Shown here: positions 31,001-42,406 of the stretch, piece after piece
Layout: each line of letters begins with the position of its first letter
How positions within the stretch are numbered: position 1 is the first letter of the stretch
Origin: Ignavibacteriota bacterium
GTDB taxonomy: Bacteria; Bacteroidota; Ignavibacteria; UBA10030
Length of the DNA: 64,000 nucleotides
Direction of reading: 5' to 3'
Assembly (NCBI GenBank): GCA_963701295.1
Contig: OY969585.1
Coordinates: 2,816,001-2,880,000, forward strand
The notes under the pieces: generated by a model
The model's input: only the letters and a program-made list of their open reading frames with translations
Told to the model about the DNA's origin: nothing
Databases searched by the model: none
Made by a program: the position numbers and the translations under genes

Positions 31001-31261
31001 ATCTGACATGATAAATCCTGGTACTCCCAGCCGCATGTTGTCAGCCGTATTAAAACCACCTTCTGCATGAAGCTGCGTGATTTTTTCATCCATCGTCATC
31101 TTACTCAGCAGCGTGTCGATTCGTGTTTCAACAGTTTGTGCGCTCACTTTGAAGCTACTTAGTGAAAAAAGGATCCCTAAAAGCGTCAACCTCATAAAAT
31201 ATTTATTTTTCAGGATCGATGTATTCATAATTATTTTCTTTATTAAGAGTATCTCATACAT
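28100..31261 (-). CDS. GH3 beta-glucosidase + Fn3-like + CARDB + CBM32 + T9SS CTD
   Basis: SDGPHGVR, KHY, VVSDW, LVLLKN; AVDGNMGTRWSS; NYPNPFNP. Confidence 0.95.
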   Translation of the reverse strand: MYEILLIKKIIMNTSILKNKYFMRLTLLGILFSLSSFKVSAQTVETRIDTLLSKMTMDEKITQLHAEGGFNTADNMRLGVPGFIMSDGPHGVRDGLATSFPVGIGMASMWDVELAHRIGEAMGKEFRGKGKHQALGPCLDIDRDPRNGRSPETGGEDPYLCAQITTAVVQGIQSTPCIATIKHYNANHRENGRTSNNITASQRVLHEDAGLAFRTAVQRGGAFCVMNAYNQINGQKCAENYNLLTTILKTHWGFPYYVVSDWGSIWTTEYAIKAGCDICMGSDDYKNNLPSLVANGTVPQSVIDEAVRRVLRTKILAGMLDYQPPGNPDDVNSSAHQQLCLEAGRKSLVLLKNQDNILPLNKSTINSVALIGPSAATLQIDGSGSAYVTPFYTVSPKQGIEAKIGANKVLYAKGCDINSADTSSFAAARTIAATSDVVIYCGGLNGSQEGEGFDRVGGSIQIPGKQQDLIDALAAVNLNIIVVLFSGGICGLNAESIKGLVYAFYPGQEGGTALADVLFGDYNPGGKLPVTMPKSDTQLPPWLQNDDFNTGYGRGYRWFDKMGYTPQYAFGFGLSYSTFSYSNLVITPVAVNPGEQVTVTVDVTNSGSRLGDEVVQLYLSDSSSSVAMPVKQLKGFKRVAINPGQTVTVTFTVTADELYYFNETSSTYEVDPGKYIVQVGGSSDNLPLSGNFAVSQGPKKPDLLITNIKMVPPYPLPGQKVIFLASVKNQGTAATIAGSPLKVSFNVNGQQVCWSDNFTSSILAGGMALICGNTGFNSTNTWTADAVGNYSVGATVDPDNTVDECVETNNSFSTLLTVYPQPPVNLALNKSVIVSSIESTGLEGPNAVDGNMGTRWSSAFSDPQSITVDLDSVYHIDDVTLFWETAYAKEYYIKTSTDFSSWTNVFHQTNGAGGAEKISISTDARWIQMLGIQRATQWGYSIYEMQVHGSSSTGINSRDNTMTQPKDFSLFNNYPNPFNPSTRIEFTLAQRARTTLIVYNVLGQKVVDLFDQIANPGKLYQVNFDASALPSGIYVAVLISGTRLQSRRMVLIK

Positions 31262-31363
31262 TAGTATTTATTCGTATTCATCCCCGACACCTTGACATAT
31301 CCTTCATTCAAGCGGCAGTTTTTAAATTGACTAAACCGAATGAATTTCCATAATGTGTTATTC

Positions 31364-33223
31364 CTATGGAATTGTTTTTGTGAGTTGTTCGTATTCCTTA
31401 ATCCAATCCCACTGCTGCATAAGAAGAGGGACGGCAGTCATCATTCCTCCGAAACCCATAAAACGCTGTGTAAACATTGAGATCAACGACGGCTTGACCA
31501 ATTTCAGTTTTTCATAATCAATACTCACTTGTTGTTCATGTGCGAGTTTTGCAATAAAGCGATTGGTTGTCTGCTTCCGCTTCTCAATCATCAATCGCTC
31601 TCTTATGTTCTGACAAAGGGTATCAAAACCGACGATCGCTTCCTTTGTGCGTCGTTTGCCGAGGACAGTGAAGAGTGAATAACCTTCTTCCAATTTGACC
31701 GGACCGACAAGTGTTCCTGTATCTGCAAGCAGGGCACGGAAACCGATTTCGGGATGTTGAAGGACTACAAAATAGCCAGACTCACCACCATTCTTCATCC
31801 ACTCCGCACGTATGGAATATTGAGGCACCATTTCCACAAGAGTTTTCCCGCGTTGAAGTTCATTGATTATCCGTGTCGCATCTTCTAGAGTATACACCAA
31901 AATTTCACGCACATTGACCTCATAGTATCGACCAAAAAATTCTTTGGTCTTGAGGAGATGCTCAACGATATCTTCGATAGTAACTTTGACACTATCGCGG
32001 ACATCATAATAGAGCTGGCGGGCAGCCCAATAGCCGGTCCACAATTCCAAATCGCGTTGGACCGGTGCTGAATTCTGGAGGAGTTGTCTGCGACCTTCAC
32101 GTGCAAGCAACTCATTCCCTACCAAATGTTTCACTTCCTCATTCAGCTCCATTTTGAATGAAAAACCTTCCAAAGATTTTGAAATAAAGTTTTCATAGCG
32201 AAACATTTCGAGTAATTCTCCAAGCATCATGTTGCCACCAGTGATGGTAATGAATGTTGTGTCAAGATAAGGCTTCAGCCGATATATGAGAACGTCCACC
32301 ATCTCCGACGTAATCATATACCCGCCGTCTCTCTGATAATATTTTGGCTCAATTTCTCTCCGCAACGCAATAATAGAATCTGCAAGTACATTGAAGATAT
32401 TGGAATCAGCTACCGCATTCTTCGATGAAAGTACTGCAAGCGAATAACGTTCTCCTAGATCCTGTTCGTGTCGTTCTTTCAAGATTTTTTCGACTTTACG
32501 GCTACGTTCCTCCAACGTCATCTCTCCTGATTCGAGATTCGTAACCTTATCGAGCAGATAGAGCACAGACCAACCGAGATTATGCGAATGGAATGGTTTA
32601 GATACTCTGGAGGTACCAATAGAATAGGCAGCATTTTCGTATGCGGAATCCGGACCTCCAAAACGGATATTGATCGTATCGATCTCTGTAAACAGACCTC
32701 TTGGCAATCCTTGAAGAATAGTCTTTGTTTTGTTTGCGCGAAGACGTTTTACGAGAACCTTGCCGCTAACTTCCGAACGAACAAGAAACGCAATAACTTT
32801 GAGCTTCCATTCAAAACGGTGTATCCCTGCGATTACTTCTTCTGCAGTCGGCTTTGCATTAGTTTCAACCTCACGTTTAAAGAGCTCGTCACGGATAAAG
32901 AGATTCTCGAGCTCGTGATGCATGAGTTTGGTGACTTTATCTTCAGACACACTTTTGCGTTTCGCTTCATTTGCAAGCACCTTTTCTGCAATTAAAGCCA
33001 ACAGCGCCTTCACCTTCACAGAGTCCATGTGAGATGGCTTATCTTTGCGGGGGAAAGGCATCAATTCGAGACGCTCGAGGAGATCGCGCGCTGTAATAGC
33101 GCTCATGCCTATTCGCGCTACAGTGTCTTGCGGTAATGCCGCTCGTTCCTGCGACCGTCCCGAAACATAAACAACAAAAGATATTGCAAGAATGATGGCT
33201 GCTCTATGAATCAGTTTCATCAC
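31364..33223 (-). CDS. PpiC/SurA-like periplasmic peptidyl-prolyl isomerase/chaperone
   Basis: VNVREILV...GGESGYF...VGPVKLEEGYSLF parvulin-like repeat; signal peptide. Confidence 0.7.
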   Translation of the reverse strand: MMKLIHRAAIILAISFVVYVSGRSQERAALPQDTVARIGMSAITARDLLERLELMPFPRKDKPSHMDSVKVKALLALIAEKVLANEAKRKSVSEDKVTKLMHHELENLFIRDELFKREVETNAKPTAEEVIAGIHRFEWKLKVIAFLVRSEVSGKVLVKRLRANKTKTILQGLPRGLFTEIDTINIRFGGPDSAYENAAYSIGTSRVSKPFHSHNLGWSVLYLLDKVTNLESGEMTLEERSRKVEKILKERHEQDLGERYSLAVLSSKNAVADSNIFNVLADSIIALRREIEPKYYQRDGGYMITSEMVDVLIYRLKPYLDTTFITITGGNMMLGELLEMFRYENFISKSLEGFSFKMELNEEVKHLVGNELLAREGRRQLLQNSAPVQRDLELWTGYWAARQLYYDVRDSVKVTIEDIVEHLLKTKEFFGRYYEVNVREILVYTLEDATRIINELQRGKTLVEMVPQYSIRAEWMKNGGESGYFVVLQHPEIGFRALLADTGTLVGPVKLEEGYSLFTVLGKRRTKEAIVGFDTLCQNIRERLMIEKRKQTTNRFIAKLAHEQQVSIDYEKLKLVKPSLISMFTQRFMGFGGMMTAVPLLMQQWDWIKEYEQLTKTIP

Positions 33224-33548
33224 AACCTATCTATGACTACATTCCGAACACAACGAGAATATAGAGATATGTAAAATCGCAGGATTATTTTTGTATTGGA
33301 AACGCAGTGACTTTTTATTTATTTTCGCTCATTTCCTCAGTAAGCATTCACATCCGAGAAGGTTTGTTTTTTTTCTTCGGATCATTCCGACACTGTCTCC
33401 AATTGCGATATAACAATATCATTCAAACAGGTATAAAATCCAAACATAAAAAAAAGAAATGAAAAAACAATAAGTGCTGCTGCATAATTCACACCTCAAA
33501 CACTTGTCAATTTCCTCACTGGGTTATTGTGTACTATGCAACTCGCCG

Positions 33549-36500
33549 TCAATTCCTACTTTGACTCAATTGTTTTCTATAAAGTACACCAAAATGGTTT
33601 TTCAATGTTGTAATTGGAGTAATAAACACATCTATTCTCAGAACTTCACCTTTCCGATTAAATATTGAAGCGCTCAGAGACTCGTCAAGGAAAAGTTCAC
33701 GAATCTCCCTTATGCTCCCATCACTTTTTGTAATGCGAATTTTTTCATCACGCGAAATATGGTAGATAATTGGAAGTTGGCAAAACGTAAATACTAGTGT
33801 GCCCTTTTCCAAGTCGATACTTTTTTCATTGCCATCAATAGGATAATAACAATAAGATTTTGGAGTTTTTAAGAATTCTTCCTCTCTTAAAAGGATAGGA
33901 CGGAAAGTAAGTTTGCCATTCTCAACAAGGACTCCCAATTCAACAAATCGCGAAATGATATCTTCTTTTACCTGACCACTCAATCCCGGTTGCTGAACTC
34001 CCATATTCCCCGGAGTATGGGAATAGGGATCTGTTGGAAAAGCTCCATAAATAGAGGGTGACTTATGAGCACCAATACCCTCGCAGATTTCATAATAATG
34101 ATTCATCAAACGTTTTTTAATAGCAGCGCTTTCGTTGTTCTCTCCTGCCCGAGTAACCACTTCCGTAACAGCAAGCAACAGTTTAGAAACCATATGCCAA
34201 TAGATGCAACCCAATCCTTCATATTTATAAAAAGTTCCTGAACGCCCGGTAAACGATTGATGATCAAACAGGCGCTCATAAATATCTAGAATGAGTTCCT
34301 TTTCTTTCTGTACAAAAGATTGATATTCGCCGCTTCGTAGATCTTCGAGGGCTGTTTTTAAAATGTCCGCATTCCGGAAATCACTATGAAAGTGTATCCC
34401 ACCATTCGGATCAATAATAATGATTTGTCGATTCCCATTTTCAATAAGCTTCTTCAAGAGGGCGGATTTTTCGAATTCTTTCTTTGGAATATTGTTTTTT
34501 TCTACAAATCGTGGCAGTTGTCTATCCGGATATAATAAGAAACTCGATTGATCTTTTCGATATAATGCACTTGCCCGAAGTGCCTCCAACACTTCTACAG
34601 AATCTGTTGCAGAAAGATAACCAGAGCTCAGAACTGCCACCTGCCCTTCGAGCATTTCATATAAATGACGAATAGATATTCCCTCTCCATTATCAACCTT
34701 CATCAGGTTGTACGCATGATAGAGATTGTCTTTACGCTTGTTCGCTTTAATGGTGTGGTCGGTGTGCTTTAACGAAAGATCAAAGAATTCTCTCAGCTCA
34801 GAAACGGTTACCTTCCTCCTTCTTTCAGAAAGACCTTTCGAATAGATTCTATTTCGATAGTTAGTTCCAGCTTGACCAAGTTTTTCAAGAACACCTTTTC
34901 GATCTTTATTGGAAATCGGTCCGTCCAATAAAGTCAGATGTGCTTTGAATGTTTCAGTAATCGCAGCGAATAACTGTGCCACTTCTTCCGATATTTGAAC
35001 TTCCGATATCTTTGAAGATTGGAATAGATCGCGGAATAATGCCAAATATCTTCGCAGATAGTAGAGGGTAACCATCGAGACTCCCGAACCCACCAAGGCA
35101 TTGTTAGCGTCATTCCAATCTGGACGTTGTGTATTCATCCAAATTCCAGCTTCAGGAATATAATTGCAAAGCTTCGCTAATATCGAAACAAGAATCTTTT
35201 CAGTTAAATTGACATGGATGATCTCTCCATGCTCGTTTGCGAGAAATTTTCCATCTGTTCCAAGCTGTTCCACGCGTTTCTCAATCTCACGCTCTAATGC
35301 CATATCAAAGTCAATTGTCTTCCGAGGATCTTTGATTAAATCAACATATGGTTTTATTCGATATGGGACATTTGCATAGGAGAAGATATCCTTTATCAGG
35401 AATTCATGAATCTTTCCGGGATGGTAATGAACCGAGATTTCCAACAGTTTCACCAGATAAATTATTTGATGATCACCCCAATATCCGATATACGACCAGG
35501 CATCATGAGGATCGAGCACCTCCCAATCGAACCCATCTCGCGTCACACGGTACGGATTATATCCATCGGCAGTGGATGCATTGACAAACTTTGTGATCAT
35601 CCCTTCGACATATCCGGGGAAACTCAACGCTAACGCTTCCCAATTCTGGAAAATATCACGCCAATTCCCCTGATAGTTCAACGCTTTTTTCCCGTGTTCA
35701 TCTTTAATTTCTATTGAGAAGATATTCCATGGACGGCTCGGATCACCATGACGCCGACTAAATGTGAGTGGCAGGTATTCATAACACAATTTTTCAAGAT
35801 CGACTGAATTGAGAGCAACTATCTTCGACAATAAATCGGGATGAGATATTTTTTCAGGAAGAGTCTGCAGGAAGCTGTTGTATGTTTCGGCTAAAAGATT
35901 ATTTGTGGTTTTTATGAAGGAAATAATATCATCTCTATCAACTGAGTAACCAGTATCGAAGAAACCACCTCGCATAACATTAAACAATACATTCGAATAA
36001 TGGCGAGAACAAGTCAGTGTATCTTCCGTCATTTGAAGACCATCAGCACTGGCAACGATCTTCACGAGGCTATCTGTACCATTTATAACATCATCCATGA
36101 GTTGTTTGGGAATGTTTCTCCCTTTTTTAATCAATTCAGATAGAGCAGCAACATCAGACCCATCTTGATTGACATCGGCAACTATGAACCATTCCTTCTC
36201 TTCCCCTTTAGTCAAAGCAAATTCTGCGTCAATGAAATATGCACCTCGTGAAGCTCTGATATCGGTTTCTTGTTTGACGGGCAAACCTTTTTTGAATGCA
36301 TCCAATTGCAGAGACGAGACAAGCCTCTTAGAACTCTTTAATCCAACGGACCAAACTGTAGTTGCTTTCAAGGCCTCGCTTGGCTCAGCTCTGTCTACAG
36401 GAATTGAGCTGAGTAGAAAAAGCCCCAATCCAGAATCCGTTTGCAATTCATTTTTCTTATAACCATCAACAAGTGTACTATATTCCAACTGGAATCTTCG

Positions 36501-37072
36501 ATTTAGTCCAGAAGGAAGCAGGTTCTGTATTCCATCCAATATCTTTATTTCTATTGGACCACGATTATGGTTCTCAATGTGGGATCGTTTGATGAAACCG
36601 TACTTTTCACTGTTGAACCAGGCATATCGGAATGTCACACGTAAGTCGTGATTGATTTCTTCATAAATCAATTTATTGCCAAAGACATTTTTGTACAAAT
36701 TTCTTTCTAGTTCGATAGATAGCGTCATAATTCTGAGAAAATGGTTCCCATAAATATGTTTTTTCCTTTTTAGTAAGAAAGAGAATAGTCTTGCTGCCGG
36801 TGTTCTCTTTCGAATCATGAATTCTATCGTCAGTATAGTAGGGGAAAAGAGCGTTGTCTGGGTTTTTGCGTCCCGCGGTGAGCCCTCCATTGCTTGAGAT
36901 GAACATCCAATGATCTGACGAACTGACAATGCTCATGAAAAACGGAGGCATCTGATCATAATTAGAAATTTTATAAAATTTCTCTCCCTTGAGGTCGACA
37001 TAGTTGCCCACAACATGACGCTTCTCGACATTTCAGATCAGTTTTGCCAACAAAAATAGATTTTCGCTTCAT
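33549..37072 (-). CDS. GH149 beta-1,3-glucan phosphorylase; frameshifts near 36710 and 37025
   Basis: YKISNYDQMPPFFMSIVSSSDHWMF, PLTFSRRHGDPSRPWN, YQGNWRDIFQNWEAL, YEGLGCIYWHMVSKL. Confidence 0.85.
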
Positions 37073-37133
37073 TTCATATACATCCTGTACAGCACAACCT
37101 TAGTAGTTGCCAAAAACGGAGTGGTTCGTTCCT

Positions 37134-38120
37134 TCATTTCTTGTCTTCATAACTCGGAGACGTCGGTCCACTTGGCATTAGCTCCGGGTACCACCGCTGC
37201 ATCGCTAATTTCGCCTCCCGTTTTACAGAAAACATGCCCCAATGTCCCTCAGTGCCATTTCCTTTCCATGGTTCGTCAAAGGCTTCAAAGAAGAACAATG
37301 TGACTTTGTTTTTCTGTGCCCAAGTGTTGAGTTCTTCGAAGTAACGCTTCTGTTTTTTCTCGTCGCCTGCCCTTGGTGCATGCATATTACCGACTGTATA
37401 TGTTGCCCACCCGGCTTCGCCAATAACAACGGGTTTATTGGGAACAGCTGCTTTCACCATATCGAATAACCTTACAGTGACAGCAAATCCGCTATCGATA
37501 TCGTGTTTTCCCCACAGAGGATACATATGCGTAGCAACAAAATCAACTTCGTTTGCCAATTTTGATCCCCTTTTAGTCCAGAACATGAAATCATCATCCA
37601 CCGTCACGGGTACATGAACAGCGGCCTTGACCTGTTTGACGTACTGAATAACCTTATCTTCGGGTACTTTGTGATCAGACCAATCAACAAGAATCTCATT
37701 GCCAACACTGACAGCGATAACAATATCTTTGTACTCGTTAGCAAGGCGAATGCACTCTGCAATTTGTTTGGCATTGTTTGCCTCGTTGCCAGGCTCAGCA
37801 CTAAGCCATGCACCCAACATCACGTTAAGATGGATTTTCTCCCTTCGAATTACTTCCAGGATGTCTCTACTGTGCTGATCAGAACCGTATGTACGAATCA
37901 GTATCCAATGCTTTTGCAATATCTTGAAATCTTCAAGAATCTGTGTTTGAGAAGGACATTTGTTGGAATCAGGGTTTTGACCCTCTCGATATCCGGAATA
38001 ACAGATTGCATTACCAAACCATTGTTGTTGGGTTAAATCAATTTTTGTATCGTCATCCTTCTGACCTAATAGAATAGCCGAAATACAAATTAGCATTGCC
38101 AAATAATATTTAAGGAGCAT
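37134..38120 (-). CDS. GH17 beta-1,3-glucanase/transglycosylase
   Basis: CYSGYREGQ, LIRTYG, VSVGNE, IGEAGW, FEAFDEPWK. Confidence 0.92.
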   Translation of the reverse strand: MLLKYYLAMLICISAILLGQKDDDTKIDLTQQQWFGNAICYSGYREGQNPDSNKCPSQTQILEDFKILQKHWILIRTYGSDQHSRDILEVIRREKIHLNVMLGAWLSAEPGNEANNAKQIAECIRLANEYKDIVIAVSVGNEILVDWSDHKVPEDKVIQYVKQVKAAVHVPVTVDDDFMFWTKRGSKLANEVDFVATHMYPLWGKHDIDSGFAVTVRLFDMVKAAVPNKPVVIGEAGWATYTVGNMHAPRAGDEKKQKRYFEELNTWAQKNKVTLFFFEAFDEPWKGNGTEGHWGMFSVKREAKLAMQRWYPELMPSGPTSPSYEDKK

Positions 38121-38178
38121 TCTCGTTTTTACAGCTCGCCTTTATGCTTATTCTTTTTTTCTAGCAGATAGATCCTGT

Positions 38179-39498
38179 TCAATTTTTTCCATCATCTTGT
38201 TCATCTAACACATAGAACCACACTGCAGCAGCAGCTAAGAGACCGGCAATAGCAGGAATAATACTCATCATCAAGCGAATACCGTCTTGTGCCCCTTCAG
38301 TTTGCACAACATTTGCGATAAAGCCGAAATATGCCAATAACCATCCGGTGAAAGCACCGCCAATGGCCCAACCTAATTTTTGAGCAAACGTTGCCGCAGA
38401 AAAAACCAGGCCTGTTGCACGCCTGCCCGATTTCCATTCCGAATAATCTGCAGTATCTGCGTACATAGCCCAAATTAAAGGAGCTGTCGGCCCCAGAATA
38501 AATGAAATGAGAATATGGGAGGCAAAGACGAGTACAATGTTTTCCTTAGGTATGAAATAGAAAAAGATTGTAAGAATGCTGACAATCAACCATAAGACCA
38601 TATAGAGAGTACGTTTCCCAAGCAGCTTTGATAAATACTTCGTTATCATGACTCCGGCGATGGCGGCGATGGTACCGCTTACCATAAAAGCGGAAGTGAG
38701 GATTTCATTACCCACATAGTACTTGAAATAATATATAATCGATCCGGAACGAATGGAATTATAAGAAAGCGCAAATATACCAATGAAGAATAGGACTATC
38801 CACGGCCGGTTGTGAAGAAGGTCCCGCAGATCGTTTTTAATCGATGTTTTTTGATCTTTAGGCGGATGAACTCTTTCCCGAGTGTTCAAAAAAGTAATAA
38901 TAAAGAGAGCGACAGCCACAGCAGAAAACACTACCATCGTCCATTGGAATCCAGTCGCCTGATCTCCTTTCCCAAAATAGTGTACCAGCGGAAGAGTTGT
39001 ACCTTGAACAATAAATATCGCAACAAAGGCAAGAACAAATCTATACGAAGAGACACTTGTTCTTTCTAATGAATTGGGCGTTAGGACTCCCATCAACGCC
39101 GAATAGGGAGTATTGATTGCAGTATAGGCCGCCATCATAAGTGTGCTGGTAATATAGGCATAGATTATTTTTCCACTTATACTGAGGTTGGGAGTTGTAA
39201 ATGTGAGCACACCTATAATACCGATTGGTAATGCCATCCAGAGAAGATAGGGACGGAATTTCCCCCACTTTGTATTGGTCCTATCCGCGATCACACCCAT
39301 AATTGGATCAATACCTGTATCCCATATCCTTGTTACCAGCAACATCGTTCCTGCTGCTGCCGCAGAAATACCGAACACATCAGTATAGAAAAATAGGATA
39401 AAACTCATAAACATCTGCCAATAGAAGTTTGAGGCTGTATCACCAAGCCCATAACCGATTTTTTCCTTTATCGAAAGCTTTTGCGAATCATTGTTCAT
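38179..39498 (-). CDS. MFS glycoside-pentoside-hexuronide sugar symporter (C-terminus possibly frameshifted)
   Basis: EKIGYGLGD, DPIMGVIADRTNTKWGKFRPYL, ADTADYSEWKSGRR. Confidence 0.93.
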   Translation of the reverse strand: MNNDSQKLSIKEKIGYGLGDTASNFYWQMFMSFILFFYTDVFGISAAAAGTMLLVTRIWDTGIDPIMGVIADRTNTKWGKFRPYLLWMALPIGIIGVLTFTTPNLSISGKIIYAYITSTLMMAAYTAINTPYSALMGVLTPNSLERTSVSSYRFVLAFVAIFIVQGTTLPLVHYFGKGDQATGFQWTMVVFSAVAVALFIITFLNTRERVHPPKDQKTSIKNDLRDLLHNRPWIVLFFIGIFALSYNSIRSGSIIYYFKYYVGNEILTSAFMVSGTIAAIAGVMITKYLSKLLGKRTLYMVLWLIVSILTIFFYFIPKENIVLVFASHILISFILGPTAPLIWAMYADTADYSEWKSGRRATGLVFSAATFAQKLGWAIGGAFTGWLLAYFGFIANVVQTEGAQDGIRLMMSIIPAIAGLLAAAAVWFYVLDEQDDGKN

Positions 39499-39564
39499 TA
39501 CGATCTCCAATTATAGGGTGATGAGGAATATTTTCTTTTTAGATTTCTCGTTTAATAAGAAAGG

Positions 39565-41067
39565 TTACTCAATAATTACAGTCTGAAGAGCATTACCAAT
39601 AATTTTTATTGAAACGGATTTATTCCCAAGCAGAACAGTATATTCCACCGGATCATCTTTTTGATTGAGAAGGGCGATCGCAATCGTTCCATCTGGATTC
39701 TTACACGATGTGATCATCAAATCTTTTAATTCTGATGATACACCTATTCTATAAGCCCCCGGTCTAAAATATTTACTAAAGTGCTCCATAACATAAAAGA
39801 GCGGAGTATAATAGACTTCATCTGTTTCTGGTTTTGCTATTACAGGCGCAATACACCAATTCTTAGCGTGATTCGGACCACCTTGAGTATCTAACACCAT
39901 ATTCCAATCAATCCAACCGACCAACCAACTATTCAGTCCGCCAATAATATCACGCGCGTATCGAAAGACCGGAACATATTTGGGATGAAGCGGTTTATCT
40001 GCCTCTGCAGCATACTGATACCCCCAATCCTTTGCTTCCTTTTCCCAATACCATTTATCATCCTGCCAGCGTGGAATCTCAGAATCAATGCATCCTTCGG
40101 TATTCAAAATTTTCTTATCTGGAAATCTTTGATGGACGTAATTCAGCACATCTGGATACCATTCAATGGTACTGCTGTACCAGTGCACAGCAGTTCCCCA
40201 TACATTTTTCACGATTTCAGGATCGCTCAGAAGTGTATCAACCCACGGTTTCACATTATCACGATTGTGATCGTAAATGAGAATCTTTGTATTTATATTA
40301 TCTCTTTGAAACTGCGGAACAAGATAGTTTTTGATAAACTCTCTCATACTAGCAGGCGTGAATATCATTGTTTCCCAATGTCCGTTATTATTTTCGGGTT
40401 CGTTTTCAACCGTTATTGCCCAAATGTTTATCCCTTGTTTTGCGTATTCATGCAAATATTTGCTGAAGTACAAAGCCCAAGTAGAATAATATTCAGGGAG
40501 TAAAAATCCATCATTCCAGCCCCGATTGTCCTTCATCCAGGGTGGAGCTGTCCATGGCGATGCAAGAATCTTGAAGTTCGCTCCTTCACATTTCATGGCA
40601 TCTTTAATCAACGGGATTATATCTTCCAAATCTCTCGCAATGCTAAAATATTTTAATTCTTTATCACCAGGGATATTAGCATATGCGTAATTCATTGTTG
40701 AGAAATCGCAGCTATTTATATGCGTCCGCGTTAGTGTATATTCTGCTTTATCAGATCGAAAATATGCATCAATAACCTCTTTTCTCTCTTTCGGACTCAG
40801 TTTGTTCAGTACATACGCCGAGGATTGTGTAAACGCACCTCCAAACCCTTCGATCTGCTGGTATAAGGTATCAGGAGATAAGGTGATAATCGGGAGTCTT
40901 GTTTCCTTTGAGGTGAGCAGTGAAAGCGATTCCTTGAGTGCCATTTTATCGCCGCTCTTTGAGGTTTGATACACTTTTGCTGTTTTGTATTCTTTCATTT
41001 GAATATTCTGGCTATTTGCAGGCACTGTGAGTAAACACCATAACAAAATTACGACTATCGCTTTCAT
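39565..41067 (-). CDS. GH30 glycoside hydrolase (beta-1,6-glucanase/glucosylceramidase-like)
   Basis: GFGGAFT, ASPWTAPPWMK, ITVENEP, NTEGC, DWNMVLD. Confidence 0.92.
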   Translation of the reverse strand: MKAIVVILLWCLLTVPANSQNIQMKEYKTAKVYQTSKSGDKMALKESLSLLTSKETRLPIITLSPDTLYQQIEGFGGAFTQSSAYVLNKLSPKERKEVIDAYFRSDKAEYTLTRTHINSCDFSTMNYAYANIPGDKELKYFSIARDLEDIIPLIKDAMKCEGANFKILASPWTAPPWMKDNRGWNDGFLLPEYYSTWALYFSKYLHEYAKQGINIWAITVENEPENNNGHWETMIFTPASMREFIKNYLVPQFQRDNINTKILIYDHNRDNVKPWVDTLLSDPEIVKNVWGTAVHWYSSTIEWYPDVLNYVHQRFPDKKILNTEGCIDSEIPRWQDDKWYWEKEAKDWGYQYAAEADKPLHPKYVPVFRYARDIIGGLNSWLVGWIDWNMVLDTQGGPNHAKNWCIAPVIAKPETDEVYYTPLFYVMEHFSKYFRPGAYRIGVSSELKDLMITSCKNPDGTIAIALLNQKDDPVEYTVLLGNKSVSIKIIGNALQTVIIE

Positions 41068-41099
41068 TGAGTATCCTTTTTTGAGATAAATAAGTTTTT

Positions 41100-41312
41100 G
41101 CATTGCTGAACGAAATGATCATTCGATAGTATAGTAATACACTCCGGAAGAAAAATAGGTGCTTGTCTTGGTGCGAGCGTTCCTTCCTTACCCGGTGCTT
41201 TTGTACGATACTCTGCACCTTTGTAAGGTTTCTGTGCTGTTGGGATGTACGCACAAACCGATAGAACCGAAAGTGATATAAAGAATTGTTTTTTCAATAA
41301 CCTCCGGCGCAT
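41100..41312 (-). pseudogene. Truncated remnant of a secreted GH16-like gene
   Basis: Signal peptide followed by KPYKGAEYRTK and GKEGTLA, after which similarity is lost. Confidence 0.45.
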
Positions 41313-41372
41313 ATTCTTAAAACTAGTTTTTCTCTTTAGTCCCAAATACTATATGCACCATTTCGTTGACTT

Positions 41373-42398
41373 TCAGAAAATTATACCTAAATCAATTTTC
41401 TGCACATACTTAAGACGGCCAAAATCCTGGTACGCGTAATCAAATGTAAATTGCAGATTACCAATCAGAAATTGCTTTACGCCCATACCGAGCGTGAGTC
41501 CTTCTTCTGAATCTTTTTGAAAGAGCGATTTCATTCCTGCTCTGAGATACAGAAAATCATAAAAAACGTACTCGCCTCCGACATTCATGCACTCGTAGTT
41601 ATCACTCGGATGCATTGCATCAGCTGCGAGCGTCATTTTTCCCAGTACGCCAATCGGAACATCATAGGAAATACCAACTCGGAAATTCAATGGTAAATCC
41701 CATTGGTCCGTTGCCAGATATGCCGGTATATTGCCGTTATTGCCTGTCGTTGACAAATCGGGGTCGTAAGAAACCAATGCATTTTCACCTTGTATTTGCA
41801 TCTTCGAGCCGAAGTTGGATATTGACATTCCAAGTATGATACCTTTAAATGGCGTTATGTATTTCACACCCATGTCAATTGCAATCGCACTTGCACTCAT
41901 TTTCCAAATTTGTTGATAGATAATCTTCGGAGTGAATCCTATCGAAAACGCATCAGTCAATTTCAAACCATATGTCAAACCTACAGCAAGGTCGGTAACG
42001 CTAAAAACTTCACCTGTTCCATCTTGTTGGTCGACTGTGGTCACCTTCATGTCTCCATAGTTAGAAACCGTAATATTCAAACCCAGAGCACCGTATGAAC
42101 CGAGAGATGTGGTAACACCGATGTACTCGTATTGAAGATCAGCAATCCAACTTGTATGGTCAATTAGCACTTGTATTCCTTGCAAATCAGCTATTCCTGC
42201 AGGGTTCCAATACATCGCACTTGGATCGTCCGCAATTGCTACAAAGGCGCCTCCCATGCCAAGGGCCCGCGCACCTTGCGCAATGGATAGAAATGGTGCA
42301 GCTGTGGTACCGCGTTTTGAGACGTCGCTCGTTTGTGCGGTTGTAAGCGCGCTGTAGAAGAAGATCAGTATTAGAATGCATTCAATTCTCATTTTCAT
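41373..42398 (-). CDS. PorV/PorQ-family outer-membrane beta-barrel
   Basis: FLSIAQGARALGMGGAFVAIADDPSAMYWNPAG; terminal DYAY...F. Confidence 0.88.
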   Translation of the reverse strand: MKMRIECILILIFFYSALTTAQTSDVSKRGTTAAPFLSIAQGARALGMGGAFVAIADDPSAMYWNPAGIADLQGIQVLIDHTSWIADLQYEYIGVTTSLGSYGALGLNITVSNYGDMKVTTVDQQDGTGEVFSVTDLAVGLTYGLKLTDAFSIGFTPKIIYQQIWKMSASAIAIDMGVKYITPFKGIILGMSISNFGSKMQIQGENALVSYDPDLSTTGNNGNIPAYLATDQWDLPLNFRVGISYDVPIGVLGKMTLAADAMHPSDNYECMNVGGEYVFYDFLYLRAGMKSLFQKDSEEGLTLGMGVKQFLIGNLQFTFDYAYQDFGRLKYVQKIDLGIIF

Positions 42399-42406
42399 AA
42401 AATACC

